From NCBI GenBank assembly GCA_963845085.1, contig CAWJQI010000004.1, positions 608,001 to 672,000 of the forward strand: DNA of 64,000 nucleotides. Direction: 5' to 3'. The DNA comes from Candidatus Fermentibacterota bacterium (GTDB lineage Bacteria > Fermentibacterota > Fermentibacteria > Fermentibacterales > JCC-6). This document shows, piece by piece, positions 29,487 through 39,941 of this stretch; within the stretch, counting starts at the first letter, position 1, and each line of letters starts with the position of its first letter. The translations under genes and the position numbers were made by a program. The notes under the pieces were generated by a model. The model was not told where the DNA came from, made no database searches, and saw only the letters and a list, made by a program, of their open reading frames with translations.

Positions 29487-29515
29487 TCAAACGTTTGTTT
29501 CAAACATATGTTTGA
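29487..29515. promoter_or_regulatory. Tandem palindromic operator between TonB receptor and tetR
   Basis: Perfect palindrome TCAAACATATGTTTGA (29500-29515) overlapped by near copy TCAAACGTTTGTTTCA (29487-29502). Confidence 0.7.
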
Positions 29516-29598
29516 TTGATCGAAGGCGCAACCCCATGATGACAGCTTGCGAAGTCGCCGTGGAATTCGTACGCTATAGCGATACGCCGGGAGGCACC

Positions 29599-30271
29599 TT
29601 GAACGAAGTATCCAGCACCAGGGAACGCATTGTTTTTGCGGCGATTGAACTCATGGAGCGCGAGGGGCTCCAGGCCCTCACGATGCGCCGCATCGCGAGG
29701 GAGGCCGGTGTGAACACGGCGGCCGTCAACTACCACTTCGGGACGAAGGCGAACCTCATCGACTTCGTCATGAAGAACACCATGGGGCACGCCATCGACG
29801 ACTGGACCGAGGTGATTTGCTCAAGCGAGCTCAGCCCGACGGCAAGGCTTTACTGCATGCTGAACCACCTCATGGAAGGAATTGCCCGTTACCCCGGGAT
29901 CGTTCGAACGCATCTTTTCGATCCGGCCGTGCAGGGCGATGCAAGGGAAGCCTTTGCATCGGAATTCTCCTGCTTTCTCGACCATGCGGCAAAAACCCTC
30001 GAGGGCCGCTTTCCCCATTCACCCGGTGACCTTCGTCTATCCATTGCGCAGATGGTTACCGCGGCAGTCACGGTTTCACTGATACCCGAGCTTCTGGGCG
30101 CCGCCACGGGGAAAAGCCCGGAAGATCCGGACCGCTGTTGAAGCCTACATATCCAACCTTCTAAAGCGGTTCGCCGGCGCGGAGCCGGATTTCTCACCGG
30201 AGGAAAGGCGGAAGATGGACAGGGTCCTTTCCGCTGCATTCTCCGGGTCGGGTGTGCGAAAAATCCCATGA
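29599..30271 (+). CDS. TetR/AcrR family regulator, apparent frameshift near 30130
   Basis: TRERIVFAA...LTMRRIAREAGVNTAAVNYHFGTK HTH; frame stops at 30141 but a shifted frame continues to a TGA overlapping the next ATG. Confidence 0.85.
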
Positions 30272-32079
30272 ACATAGAACTGGTGGGAACCTTTGCCGTT
30301 CTTGGCATCGCCGTCATCCTTTTTCTTACGGAAAGGTTAAGGCCCGATGTTGTCGCGCTGGCAACTGTCGCTGCTCTGGCGGGGATCGGCGTGCTCACCG
30401 CACCCGAATCCTTCTCGGGGTTCAGCAGCCAGGCCGTCATAACTCTCATATCGGTGTTCATCCTTGCAGAGGGACTCACCCGGACAGGCGTCTCGGACCA
30501 GGCTGCCAGGATCCTGCTCCGCTGGGGCGGAAGGCGGGAGGGCAGGCTCGTCGGACTGGTAATGGCGGCAGGGGCTTCGTTGTCACTTTTCCTCAACAAC
30601 ATCGCTGCTGCCGCCGTTCTCCTGCCGGCTGCGGGAGGGGCTGCGAGAAAGGCCGGCATCTCTCCGGCCAGGGTCCTCATGCCTCTTGCCTTCGCCACCA
30701 TCCTTGGAGGAATGGCAACGCTTCTCACCACGATGAATATCGTTGTGAGCAGCGTTCTGGTTGACAACGGTCACCCGGGGTTCGGTCTGCTCGACTTCTT
30801 CCCCGTGGGTTTCCCGATGCTGGCTTCGGGGATCCTTTACATGATCTTCTGGGGGAGGCACAGGCTGCCTTCCGGCGAGGACCGGGACGAGGTTCTTCGC
30901 GCGATGAAGGGCGAGACCGACCTTCTCGACGTCTACGGCATGGGCGAGTTCTTCTTCAGGGTCAGGATACCGGACGGATCCTACCTTGTGGGCAAAACGC
31001 TTGCGAGAAGCACATTCAGGGAAACCTTCGGCCTCAATGTTGTCGCGGTGGAAAAGCAGGACGGCGTGCTCAGCACCCTTCAACCCGACACCCTCTTCGA
31101 GAAGGGCGACATTCTCATACTCGAGGGCAACGCCGGGGAGTTCAGGAAGAGGGATCGTGAACCCTACCTCGAAATACTTCCCTGTCCGCCCCTGTGTGAG
31201 AAAGACCTCCGAACCATTTCAACGGTATTCGCGGAGGCAATGCTCTCGCCGCGCTCGAGCCTGATAGGCCGCACGTTGAAGGAGGTGCTGTTCCGCCAGA
31301 AGTACGGCATGGCGGTGCTCGCCATCTGGCGCAAGGGAAGCCCGATAAGGGAGAAGGTGGGCGACGAGAAACTCGCGTTCGGGGATGCGCTGCTCCTTCA
31401 GGGCCCCCGGGACAGGCTGAAACTCGTCGATCTTGATCCAGATCTCATCCTGCTTTCGATGGAACGGGAAACCCTTCCCGTGAAAAAAATGGGCAGGATA
31501 GCATTGCTCATCCTCGCATCCACACTGGCTGCGGTTGTTTTCACACCGGTGCCGATGGCGCAGCTGCTTCTCACCGGCGCGGTTCTCATGCTCATCGCGG
31601 GGGCTGTCACGATGGAACAGGCCTATCGCGCCGTGGACTGGAGAGGGATCTTCCTTGTCGCCGGAATGCTGCCCCTGGCTCTTGCCCTCACCAAGTCGGG
31701 TGCAGCAGCCATCGCCTCGACACTCTTCGTATCCGTGTTCGGTCAGTTCAGCCCCATCGTGATAGTCTCGGCCCTGTTCCTTGCGTCCGCACTGCTCACT
31801 CAGGCAGTCAGCGGCGCGGCGGTGGCGGCCATCATGGCTCCGATAGCGATATCAGCCTCTTCAGGCTCGGGCGCCCCGCCCCACGCACTGGGCATGGCTG
31901 TCGCCCTGGGCTCGTCGATGGCGTTCCTCACGCCGCTCGGGCACCCCGTCAACACACTGGTGATGGGTGCCGGAGGCTACCGCTTCAGTGATTACAGAAG
32001 GGTCGGCTGGCCGATGTTCGTGATTCTGACCATTGTGGCCATCACCGGCATGACTGTTCGGTGGGGGCTGCTGAACTAA
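30268..32079 (+). CDS. SLC13/DASS family permease with TrkA-C domains
   Basis: LRPDVVAL, SLFLNN, two TrkA-C segments, AFLTPLGHPVNTLVMGAGGYRFSDY. Confidence 0.9.
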   Translation: MNIELVGTFAVLGIAVILFLTERLRPDVVALATVAALAGIGVLTAPESFSGFSSQAVITLISVFILAEGLTRTGVSDQAARILLRWGGRREGRLVGLVMAAGASLSLFLNNIAAAAVLLPAAGGAARKAGISPARVLMPLAFATILGGMATLLTTMNIVVSSVLVDNGHPGFGLLDFFPVGFPMLASGILYMIFWGRHRLPSGEDRDEVLRAMKGETDLLDVYGMGEFFFRVRIPDGSYLVGKTLARSTFRETFGLNVVAVEKQDGVLSTLQPDTLFEKGDILILEGNAGEFRKRDREPYLEILPCPPLCEKDLRTISTVFAEAMLSPRSSLIGRTLKEVLFRQKYGMAVLAIWRKGSPIREKVGDEKLAFGDALLLQGPRDRLKLVDLDPDLILLSMERETLPVKKMGRIALLILASTLAAVVFTPVPMAQLLLTGAVLMLIAGAVTMEQAYRAVDWRGIFLVAGMLPLALALTKSGAAAIASTLFVSVFGQFSPIVIVSALFLASALLTQAVSGAAVAAIMAPIAISASSGSGAPPHALGMAVALGSSMAFLTPLGHPVNTLVMGAGGYRFSDYRRVGWPMFVILTIVAITGMTVRWGLLN

Positions 32080-32081
32080 AA

Positions 32082-32232
32082 TGGCCTTTCCAAAAGGCTT
32101 ACCAGTCCAGTGGACATTTGTCTGAGCGGGGCTTCCTGCCAACCCAGCCAGGAGGTCGAGATGAAACAATCCAGGTTCACGGAGACGCAGATCGCAGCGA
32201 TCCAGCGGGAAGCAGATGCTGGAATTTCATAG
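32082..32232 (+). mobile_element. IS3-family (IS407-group-like) left-end remnant with truncated orfA
   Basis: TG-starting end; AGGAGG SD; 32161-32232 encodes MKQSRFTETQIAAIQREADAGIS*, the typical IS3 orfA N-terminus. Confidence 0.75.
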
Positions 32233-32292
32233 CCCCAACCATAAGAAGAAGGCCGCTGCCCTGAGACAACGGCCTTCAAATTCAGAGCAGGT

Positions 32293-33754
32293 CTACCTGG
32301 CTATAACAAGCCTTTCGGAATAGTTCACTCCAGATCCTGCAACCCGGACGAAGTACAGTCCAGAGGGAACCGAAGACACATCCAACTGGAATGAACTCTC
32401 CCCGGCTGAAAGCGAACCGTCGTGAATCCTCTCCACCAGACGGCCATCCAGTCCGTATACCGAGACGGTGCAGTCAACTGGTTCCGGAAGGCTCAGCCAA
32501 ATGCTCGCTGTAGTCGTTGCAGGGCTGGGGCTGACACTGAGCCGGAGTGTAGGCTCCTCCTCTATCCCCAGCGGATCGTAGGTCACAGTAACCGAGTTGA
32601 GCTGGGGAGATACCCCGGGATTGTCACTGAGCATCGTCACCCGGTACTGCAGGTAGCTCTCATTGTCGGCAAGGTAAGCTGACAGGTCAGCAGGGGCGTA
32701 GAGCAATACACTCCACTCCCCGAGGTTCCACGGATCATCCGAACCCCTCACCTGGAAACAGAGCTGGGTCTCTGCGGGAACCGAAGCATCCCAGGAAAGT
32801 TCACCCCACGAAGCGTCGTTCACGTACAGAATGTCGCTGTTGAGCCAGCCCGAAGAGCAGTAGTCCTCTCCAAGACGCCACCAGTAAAGGTCGGGCGTGC
32901 TTGTTCCCGTAGAAGCTGCACACGAAGTCTTCCACCCCGTTGCCGTCGAAGTCGCCAGGGGCGACAAGACCACCGGCGCTTTCGGAATTCGAGTCCGTTC
33001 TCGAACGGGTACTCCATGAGAACCCTTTGAACGAACCTCTCCTGCGGGTTTCTGGTATTCTCGAACATCCCCACGCTGTTCTCTCCCCGGTAGATGATGT
33101 CCATGTCGCCGTCGCTGTCGTAGTCGATGGATGCGAGGCCGTAGACGTTGTCATTGGTCTCCAGGTTGTAGTAGGGGTAGAACTCGGGTCCCTTGTACCA
33201 GCGGATGCGGCCGTAGTCGTAGCTCTGACCTCCGGCCATCAAATCAGCAGTTCCGTCGGTATCAAGATCAACGAAGTCTTCTCTGCCATTCCTGGTTGGG
33301 GTCGTTCGGGTTCTCCCACCAGAAGAGAGAGTCTGCGCCTCCAACCGCATCATCAAGACCATCACCATTCAGATCGCCTGAGAAGATCGTCACTATGCTG
33401 TCAGCGAAACCAACGGTCTGAATGCGACCACTGGTTCTGGTTGCCTGTTGAGAGGATTGCCCCTATAGAAGATGAAGACGCACTTGAAAAGATCTGTGTA
33501 AGCATCGCTGTTAATAGTGGCAGGGCTTCAGGAGGAAGGCACTTCGCATTATCATACACTCTTGCCCACTTCATAGCTGTGCCAAGAGTCAGCGATCCTG
33601 AAACCTGCCATCCCATGCCGGAGCATGAGCCGAAGTCCGATCCCCAGTCTGTTGTTGTGACTTCTCCCGAGGGGCCGCCACTCCAGTCGGTCTGAACCAT
33701 TGATGCCGCAAGAACAATGCCGGTTGTCACGAGAACGAGTGCCGTGCTTTTCAT
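32293..33754 (-). pseudogene. FG-GAP repeat protein with T9SS-type CTD, multiply frameshifted
   Basis: Signal plus QTDWSGGP; DxxxDGxxD repeats (DLNGDGLDD, DLDTDGTAD, DYDSDGDMD, DFDGNGVED) in different frames; CTD YGLDGRLV...SGLYFV...ERLVIAR. Confidence 0.8.
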
Positions 33755-33758
33755 GCCG

Positions 33759-36700
33759 CTACCTCCCCCCGTCCAGAAGGACGAGCTTCTCTATGAACAA
33801 TGGTGTGTTTTCATCCGAAAGTACAGCGAAGTAAACTCCGGCAGGATGTGTATAGGAAGAAAGCTCAAGGCACTCGCCTGCGGCTATCCTTTCAACCACC
33901 CTCCCAGTCAGGTCGTACACCATGGCTTCTGTTCCTGCGGCCTCCACCAGAATTGAGGATCCGGTGTTCCTGCTGACGGTAAGTGACCTGGTCTGTTCAA
34001 TGACGGAAGAGGTGTTCTGGGTTCTTCGATCGGCAGCAGGAGCGGGAATCCGTATCAAGGCGAACCCGAGTCCGTACGAAACAGGGTGAAGGTAATAGCC
34101 TTGAGGGATGTTACTATGTCCATAGAAGCCTGTGGCTTCCTCGAAACCGTCTCCAATGAGAATCTTCGGGAGGGCCATAACCAGAGTACTCTGATCCAAT
34201 ATCAGGAAGGACAATTGGTTCGCTTCCTTCCCATATTCCACCATCGTTGGAAACAAGGACGAGAATGTCATTGTCAGGTTCCCTTATGGCAAGAAAATTG
34301 CAGTATGGTTCACTCAGATCTTGCTGTGCGCTCATCTGGCTTATCATTGTAGCATTGAATGCCTCATGTTCACCCATAACTTCGTAAGCCGGGTTTACCA
34401 GAACATCGAGCAGGTTGATGACTTCATTGTTGCCTGCATCGATGTGGGTGAAAGTCTGTATTGCCTGGTGGGTTCGAGTTACCATGTCAATATCATTCGG
34501 CCCGTCCACGCTTGCTCCCCAGTAAAGCAGCTCGGGAGGAAAACGGTAAGAGGAGAAGGGGTTGGAAGGGCCTCCAGCCAGTGCATAAATACAGCCCGTA
34601 CAAATCGAATCCTCTGATCCCGTGCACAAGCGCAGCACCCATCATGTACATCAACTCATTGTAGCCCATCACGCCATCGCCGGGGAAGAACGTCCCGTTG
34701 AAAAAGCTTCCCCGACCATGACATTGAACTGTAAGGAAGAGGCATTCGGCAGGAGGTAGGTTGACTCCGTACTCGAGCATGATGTCTAATGCGCCCAGCT
34801 CCTGAGCTGAGGGTGATGTCGGTTGCGAGTACATGTTTCCGAACAGGATTTCCGGAATGCTCGTATTCGTTTGTCCCGACCACATTGAGATCCCGGGAGT
34901 CATGTCCGTGAGAACATCGGATTCGCTGAACCTTGTGTGTCGGCTGCGGATTTCACAGAGAGTAATCCAGTCATTCAGGTAAACCCCTTCATCATCAGTG
35001 GGGAATTGGACATTTTCAGTGAACGGAAATGCCACGGCATCTGTGTATCTTGTTACCCCACTATTGTTCGGTGAGTCATCATTTACGTAGAGCTTGATTT
35101 TGTGACTATACCCGTAGTTCTGAATGCTGAGCGAAGAGAGATGCTCGGCACGTGGCAGTGGGGGAGTTTCCTGCGAAATGTCTTCTGACTCAACCGGAAT
35201 TGTCGGTGGTTGGCCGTCGGCAATACTGCTCCATGCAATCTGTGTGACATCCTGAGACGGAGTCACCGGGCTGACCATCGCAATGAACCTGTCGTGGGTA
35301 CGGACAAAACGGGAGAAGTACTGAAGGTTGTTGATATCGCGTGTTACAGTTACCGGCCCCACCATCATATCTTCCCCCCATAGGTCATTATAAACTTGGG
35401 AGCACTGCCATGATTCTGCAGCCATCGGTGGAGTTCTGATCAGTACATACTGACCCTCGGTTGTGTACAGAATGAAACCGCTTCGTAAATAGGGATAATC
35501 ACCCTGCTGACGCCAGAAGTAACCCCAGATCGCGCCGTCCGGGTAGAACCCTTCAGGAAGTGTGATGTTGCGCTGGCCCTCCTGAGTTGGACAGGCATCG
35601 AGCTCCCCGGAAGAATCCCTGCCAAAGATTCTTGCTCTCCATTGCGCATCAGTGGGCTGGATCTGCTGGGGGCTTCCCACCCACAGAATACGCATCTCAT
35701 CGCTTCCAATTGCACCTGCGCAGTGAGTGGTTGAGTTCCACCCGGATCGGTAATCAAGTTCTCCAACGCAGAAGACTTCAGAATCATAGCCCGTGTTGCT
35801 GGGGAATTGTTTCGAGACAATTCCATTGGAGTGCCAGTACACCGCTCTGGCGTAGTCTGAAGACTCGCCTTTCCGCCAGAGAACCAGTCCTCCATTCAGC
35901 ACAGATACTGGACCTGACCTTGGACCAATGTCAGCCGAACGATTGTCGCTGGCCGCCAATGAGTAGTTCTGTCCAGCGAGAGAAATCCCGATATCGGTCG
36001 TGCTGTGGAATTGGAAGTATGGCTCTCCGAGCTCATCCGATCCTTCGATTGTGTACACCGAAAGGTCGCCGTTGCTTTTCAAAGCGAAGTATTCATCCCT
36101 GTCGCAGTATGCTGTCCTGAAGGCGCCTTCGCTTGGCACGAGGTCTGCAGCTCCTCTGAAAAGCACAATGACATCGTCAAGAGGGCTATTCTCGGGGTAT
36201 GTGCTCTGAGAGAACTGGACCCCTGTAATACCCGCAGGATAATAGTCCAGTGCAATGTAATCGAGTGGATGACCGAAAACGAAGGGGGTGGATTTCCAGT
36301 TCCATGATTGTCGAACCATTAAAGTATCAGTTCGTACATTGCCAACCGTTAAATGAAGATCTCCTACGTTTGCAAGTGCAGCGCCCAGTGGCAGACCCAT
36401 ACCGGCGGAGCCGGGCACACCGCCCGTGGAAAGGCGAAGTGCGATAGAAGCTATCTGATCGTAGTGATCGTAGTTTTGATTGTCCGGTTCGTCATGGGCG
36501 AACACACCGCAAAAGTCTCCTGGAAAAGGCGCACTGGCGTATGTGTTGTAATAGTCTTGCCAGATGCCGAACACGGTGGCATTATGACCGGTTTCACCGG
36601 GCCCCACCTCCCCTCCATCACTTTTCATGCCCCCAAGAATGACATTAAGGCCGATGATTCTCGCCTGGTTTGCTCTTGCTATCGCATTCTAAGCTTGTCC

Positions 36701-37012
36701 CATCATGAGTTCGTTTCTGATAAGCAGAGTATTCACCCCGGCCAGCTTTGCCTCATTGAGCACTCCACCGATTAATGACGCAGCATTTCTGACTGCCACA
36801 TCTTCAGTGAAGCCTTGGTAACGCTGATAGTAGTTTCTGAGTTCGTAGAAAGTCCCCTGGAGATCCCACACCACGGGGAAGAAAGTTACCTCTTCGTTTG
36901 AAGGGTCTGTATAGGTGTAGTTGTGGCCGTGGGTATAGGCCATGTTCCTGGCGAGAAGGGGTTGAACGAGAATCCCCCCCCCCATAATTATCAGCAATAG
37001 ACAGTTTTTCAT
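33759..37012 (-). pseudogene. Large secreted protein with T9SS-type CTD, interrupted by in-frame TAG and two frameshifts
   Basis: Four collinear ORFs (36689-37033, 34493-36628, 34114-34638, 33759-34271); last ends YDLTGRVV...AGVYF...KLVLL. Confidence 0.72.
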
Positions 37013-37252
37013 AGAGCACTCCAAGCAGATCAATGGTTGTTGTGACAGACTGCTTGAAGTTAGTGCTCTGCAGTTTTTATGTCAAGAGTAAGAATAAAGC
37101 GGACCTGTGTAAAAACACAACAACCTCAAGCGAGGTAGTTGTTTGCATGAACTTGGAATAATGCGGATAGAGATTCAATGCACTTTGTGCTTAGGATCGG
37201 GGGGTGCCCCCCTTAATGGTGATGAACCGATGAACCAGCCCCGATTTAAAGG

Positions 37253-37328
37253 TGGCGCTCCCAAGGGGGCTCGAACCCCTGTTTCCGGCGTGAGAGGCCA
37301 GCGTCCTAGACCACTAGACGATGGGAGC
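37253..37328 (-). tRNA. tRNA-Glu(CTC)
   Basis: GCTCCCA acceptor stem, CTGGC-CTCTCAC-GCCGG anticodon arm, GGTTCGA T-loop, encoded CCA. Confidence 0.96.
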
Positions 37329-37363
37329 GCGGAGCGGGAATATCGGCCGGAGAGGGGAAACCG

Positions 37364-38845
37364 TCAACCCCTTCCGTACTTCTTCTCAAGCGCTTTCTGT
37401 CTTTTTCCGGAAATGCCGCCCAGAACGTCGATCGCAGCATGTATCCTCCGCCTGGACAGGTCGGGGCCCAGAACTTCCATGCCCGAGTAGAGGGGCGGCC
37501 CAACGCTTGCGCCTGTCAGGGCTCCGTAGAAGGGGGCGTTAAGTTCCCTGGCCTTGATCCCGAACTCGACGGAAAGGCGCTCGAACACCTCCCTGATGGC
37601 GGTTTCATTCCAGTCGCTCACACCCTCGAGATACCAGAGAGAAACCTGCAGAAGCTCCTTGACCCCCTCGGCATCCAGACCCTTCACCGCAAGAGCATCC
37701 GGGGCCGGATTGACAAGATCGCTGAAGAACATTGATGTGAGACGGCCCCAGTCGCCAAGAGTTTCCATCCTGTCGGCAACCACGCGCAGCACACTCTCAA
37801 GGTAGCCATCGTTGAGGGCCCAGTCCGAAAGCACGGGAAGCAGAGTGCCGGGTGTGTAGTCCTCCCTCAGGTACCTCGCGTTGAGCCACCTCAGTTTGTC
37901 CAGATCGAAAACCGGGCCGCCGAGGCGGATGTCGTTCAGGTTGAAGTGCGGGATCATCTCATCGAATGTGAACTTTTCCGTGCCGTCGGGCATGCTCCAC
38001 CCCATCATGCCCAGGTAGTTCAGAAGGGCTTCGGGAAGATAGCCGGCCCTGCGGTAGTACTGGATCGAGGTCGGGTTCTTCCTTTTGCTGAGCTTGCTCT
38101 TGTCAGGGTTGCGCAGCAGGGGAAGGTGACAAAAAACGGGAGGAGTCCAGCCGAACATGTCGTACAGTTCCACGTGTTTCGGAACGGAGTTGATCCACTC
38201 CTCGCCCCTGATTATGTGGGTGATCTCCATGAGGTGGTCGTCGACCACAACGGCGAGGTGGTATGTGGGGAAACCGTCGGTCTTCAGGATGACCTGGTCA
38301 TCGATCGAAGCCCAGTCCTTCCTGATCTCGCCCCTCAGAAGATCGTTGAAAACGCATTCACCCTCGAGGGGGGTCTTCATCCTCACCACGTGCGCCTCGC
38401 CCGATGCAATCCTGTCAAACGCTTCACCCGGAGGAATATCACGGCAGAGCCTGTCGTATCCCCGGCTGGAGTCGCCGCGGAGGACCTGCTCCTGACGCGC
38501 TGCCTCGAGCCGCTCCTTCGTGCAGAAGCACGGATAGGCGTGGCCCTGTTCAAGCAGCCTGTCAACATGACTTCTATAAATGTGAAGCCGCTCGCTCTGC
38601 CTGTATGGTCCGGCCGGTCCGCCGATGTCGGGCCCCTCGTCCCATGTGAGCCCCATCCATCTCAGGCAGTCCATGATGGCCTTTTCATGCCTTGTATCGG
38701 AACGTTCGCGGTCGGTGTCCTCGATGCGCAGGATGAACCGCCCGCCGTTCTTCACGGCCCAGAGCTTTCCGAAGAGAGCCTGGTAGGCCGTTCCCACGTG
38801 TGGATCACCGGTGGGCGATGGTGCAAGCCTGGTTCTTATTTCCAT
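37364..38845 (-). CDS. gltX: Glutamate--tRNA ligase
   Basis: RLAPSPTGDPHVGT, LRIEDTD, GPYRQSER, IRGEEW, KLSKR. Confidence 0.96.
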   Translation of the reverse strand: MEIRTRLAPSPTGDPHVGTAYQALFGKLWAVKNGGRFILRIEDTDRERSDTRHEKAIMDCLRWMGLTWDEGPDIGGPAGPYRQSERLHIYRSHVDRLLEQGHAYPCFCTKERLEAARQEQVLRGDSSRGYDRLCRDIPPGEAFDRIASGEAHVVRMKTPLEGECVFNDLLRGEIRKDWASIDDQVILKTDGFPTYHLAVVVDDHLMEITHIIRGEEWINSVPKHVELYDMFGWTPPVFCHLPLLRNPDKSKLSKRKNPTSIQYYRRAGYLPEALLNYLGMMGWSMPDGTEKFTFDEMIPHFNLNDIRLGGPVFDLDKLRWLNARYLREDYTPGTLLPVLSDWALNDGYLESVLRVVADRMETLGDWGRLTSMFFSDLVNPAPDALAVKGLDAEGVKELLQVSLWYLEGVSDWNETAIREVFERLSVEFGIKARELNAPFYGALTGASVGPPLYSGMEVLGPDLSRRRIHAAIDVLGGISGKRQKALEKKYGRG

Positions 38846-38942
38846 GGTTCATCCGCCTTTCACAAGCGCTCGGAATATAGCCTTTTCGATTGCCTTCCGG
38901 AGCCTGATATTCACCCCGTGCGGTTCACCGGAAGGAGATGGC

Positions 38943-39212
38943 ATGAAGATCACCGTCAGAAAACCCTCGCAGGCTGAGCTTGACTCGCTTGGAGTCCGCT
39001 CGTGGCCGATATGGAAAAAGGAGGCATCCTCATTTCCATGGGTGTACGACATGAGCGAGACCTGCTTCCTGCTCGAGGGCAGGGTGACCGTCACCACGGC
39101 TGACGGGGCTTCGGTGAGCTTCGGCGAGGGTGACCTTGTGGTATTTCCCGAGGGGCTCAGCTGCACCTGGAACATCCATTCACCGGTGCGCAAGCATTAC
39201 TCCTTCAGTTAG
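38943..39212 (+). CDS. Cupin domain protein (DUF861-like)
   Basis: WPIW.KE...FPW.Y...ETC.LLEG.V, GDLVVFP.GLSCTW, VRKHY. Confidence 0.88.
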   Translation: MKITVRKPSQAELDSLGVRSWPIWKKEASSFPWVYDMSETCFLLEGRVTVTTADGASVSFGEGDLVVFPEGLSCTWNIHSPVRKHYSFS

Positions 39213-39222
39213 GAAGTCTCAA

Positions 39223-39717
39223 TTGGACGACTTTTCCGCTGCGCCACTCGATACCGCAAGCAGGGTGATGACCGCCATCGTTTTTCTCATGATGGTTTTC
39301 CCGGTGTACATGTATTTCCAGCAAGGGGATTTCCCGCTGGTCGCCCTTGCGGTCCTGCCGGTCATAACCGTGATCAGCTGGGGTTTCTCTGTGCGCGGCT
39401 ACTCGCTGGAACCGGGAAGGCTTGTCATCCAGCGCCCCTTCTTCAGCAAGTCGATCCCGCTCGAAACGAACGTTTCAGCGCGGCCGGATCCGGAGGCAAA
39501 CAAGGGCACGGTAAGGGTTGCAGGGAACGGCGGGCTTTTCGGGTACTACGGAACGTTCAGGAGCAGGAAACTGGGGCTATTCACGGCCTACGCCACGAAC
39601 TGGCGGAGCAGCATCGTGATCGAGACGGGCGGCAGAACCCTTGTGGTGACGCCGGAGGAAACGGAAATGTTCCTGTCGCGGCTTTCGGAATCGGTTGAAG
39701 AGGTCATGAAGGGATGA
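39223..39717 (+). CDS. Membrane protein with bacterial PH domain
   Basis: Two TMs then RVAGNGGLFGYYGTF...YAT...VVTP; start uncertain. Confidence 0.75.
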   Translation: MDDFSAAPLDTASRVMTAIVFLMMVFPVYMYFQQGDFPLVALAVLPVITVISWGFSVRGYSLEPGRLVIQRPFFSKSIPLETNVSARPDPEANKGTVRVAGNGGLFGYYGTFRSRKLGLFTAYATNWRSSIVIETGGRTLVVTPEETEMFLSRLSESVEEVMKG

Positions 39718-39772
39718 TTCCGTTTGAAAAAGGTTCGGGAGTGTGTTCGCCGTGGGGACCGGAGATATGAAG

Positions 39773-39866
<94 letters not shown>

Positions 39867-39941
39867 GCATCAGGGGCGAACTATCTTAAAACACGGCCTT
39901 CGGGTCAAGGCTCAACTGCCTTTCAGCGGAAGGACCAGGAA

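Noticed and set aside
37199..37212. GGGGGGTGCCCCCC as an att remnant of tRNA-Glu
   Set aside because: It is a short hairpin with no real identity to the tRNA 3' end, and no matching copy was seen at the far side of the islet.
37253..38845. gltX adjacent to tRNA-Glu
   Set aside because: Real, but a common arrangement and not novel.
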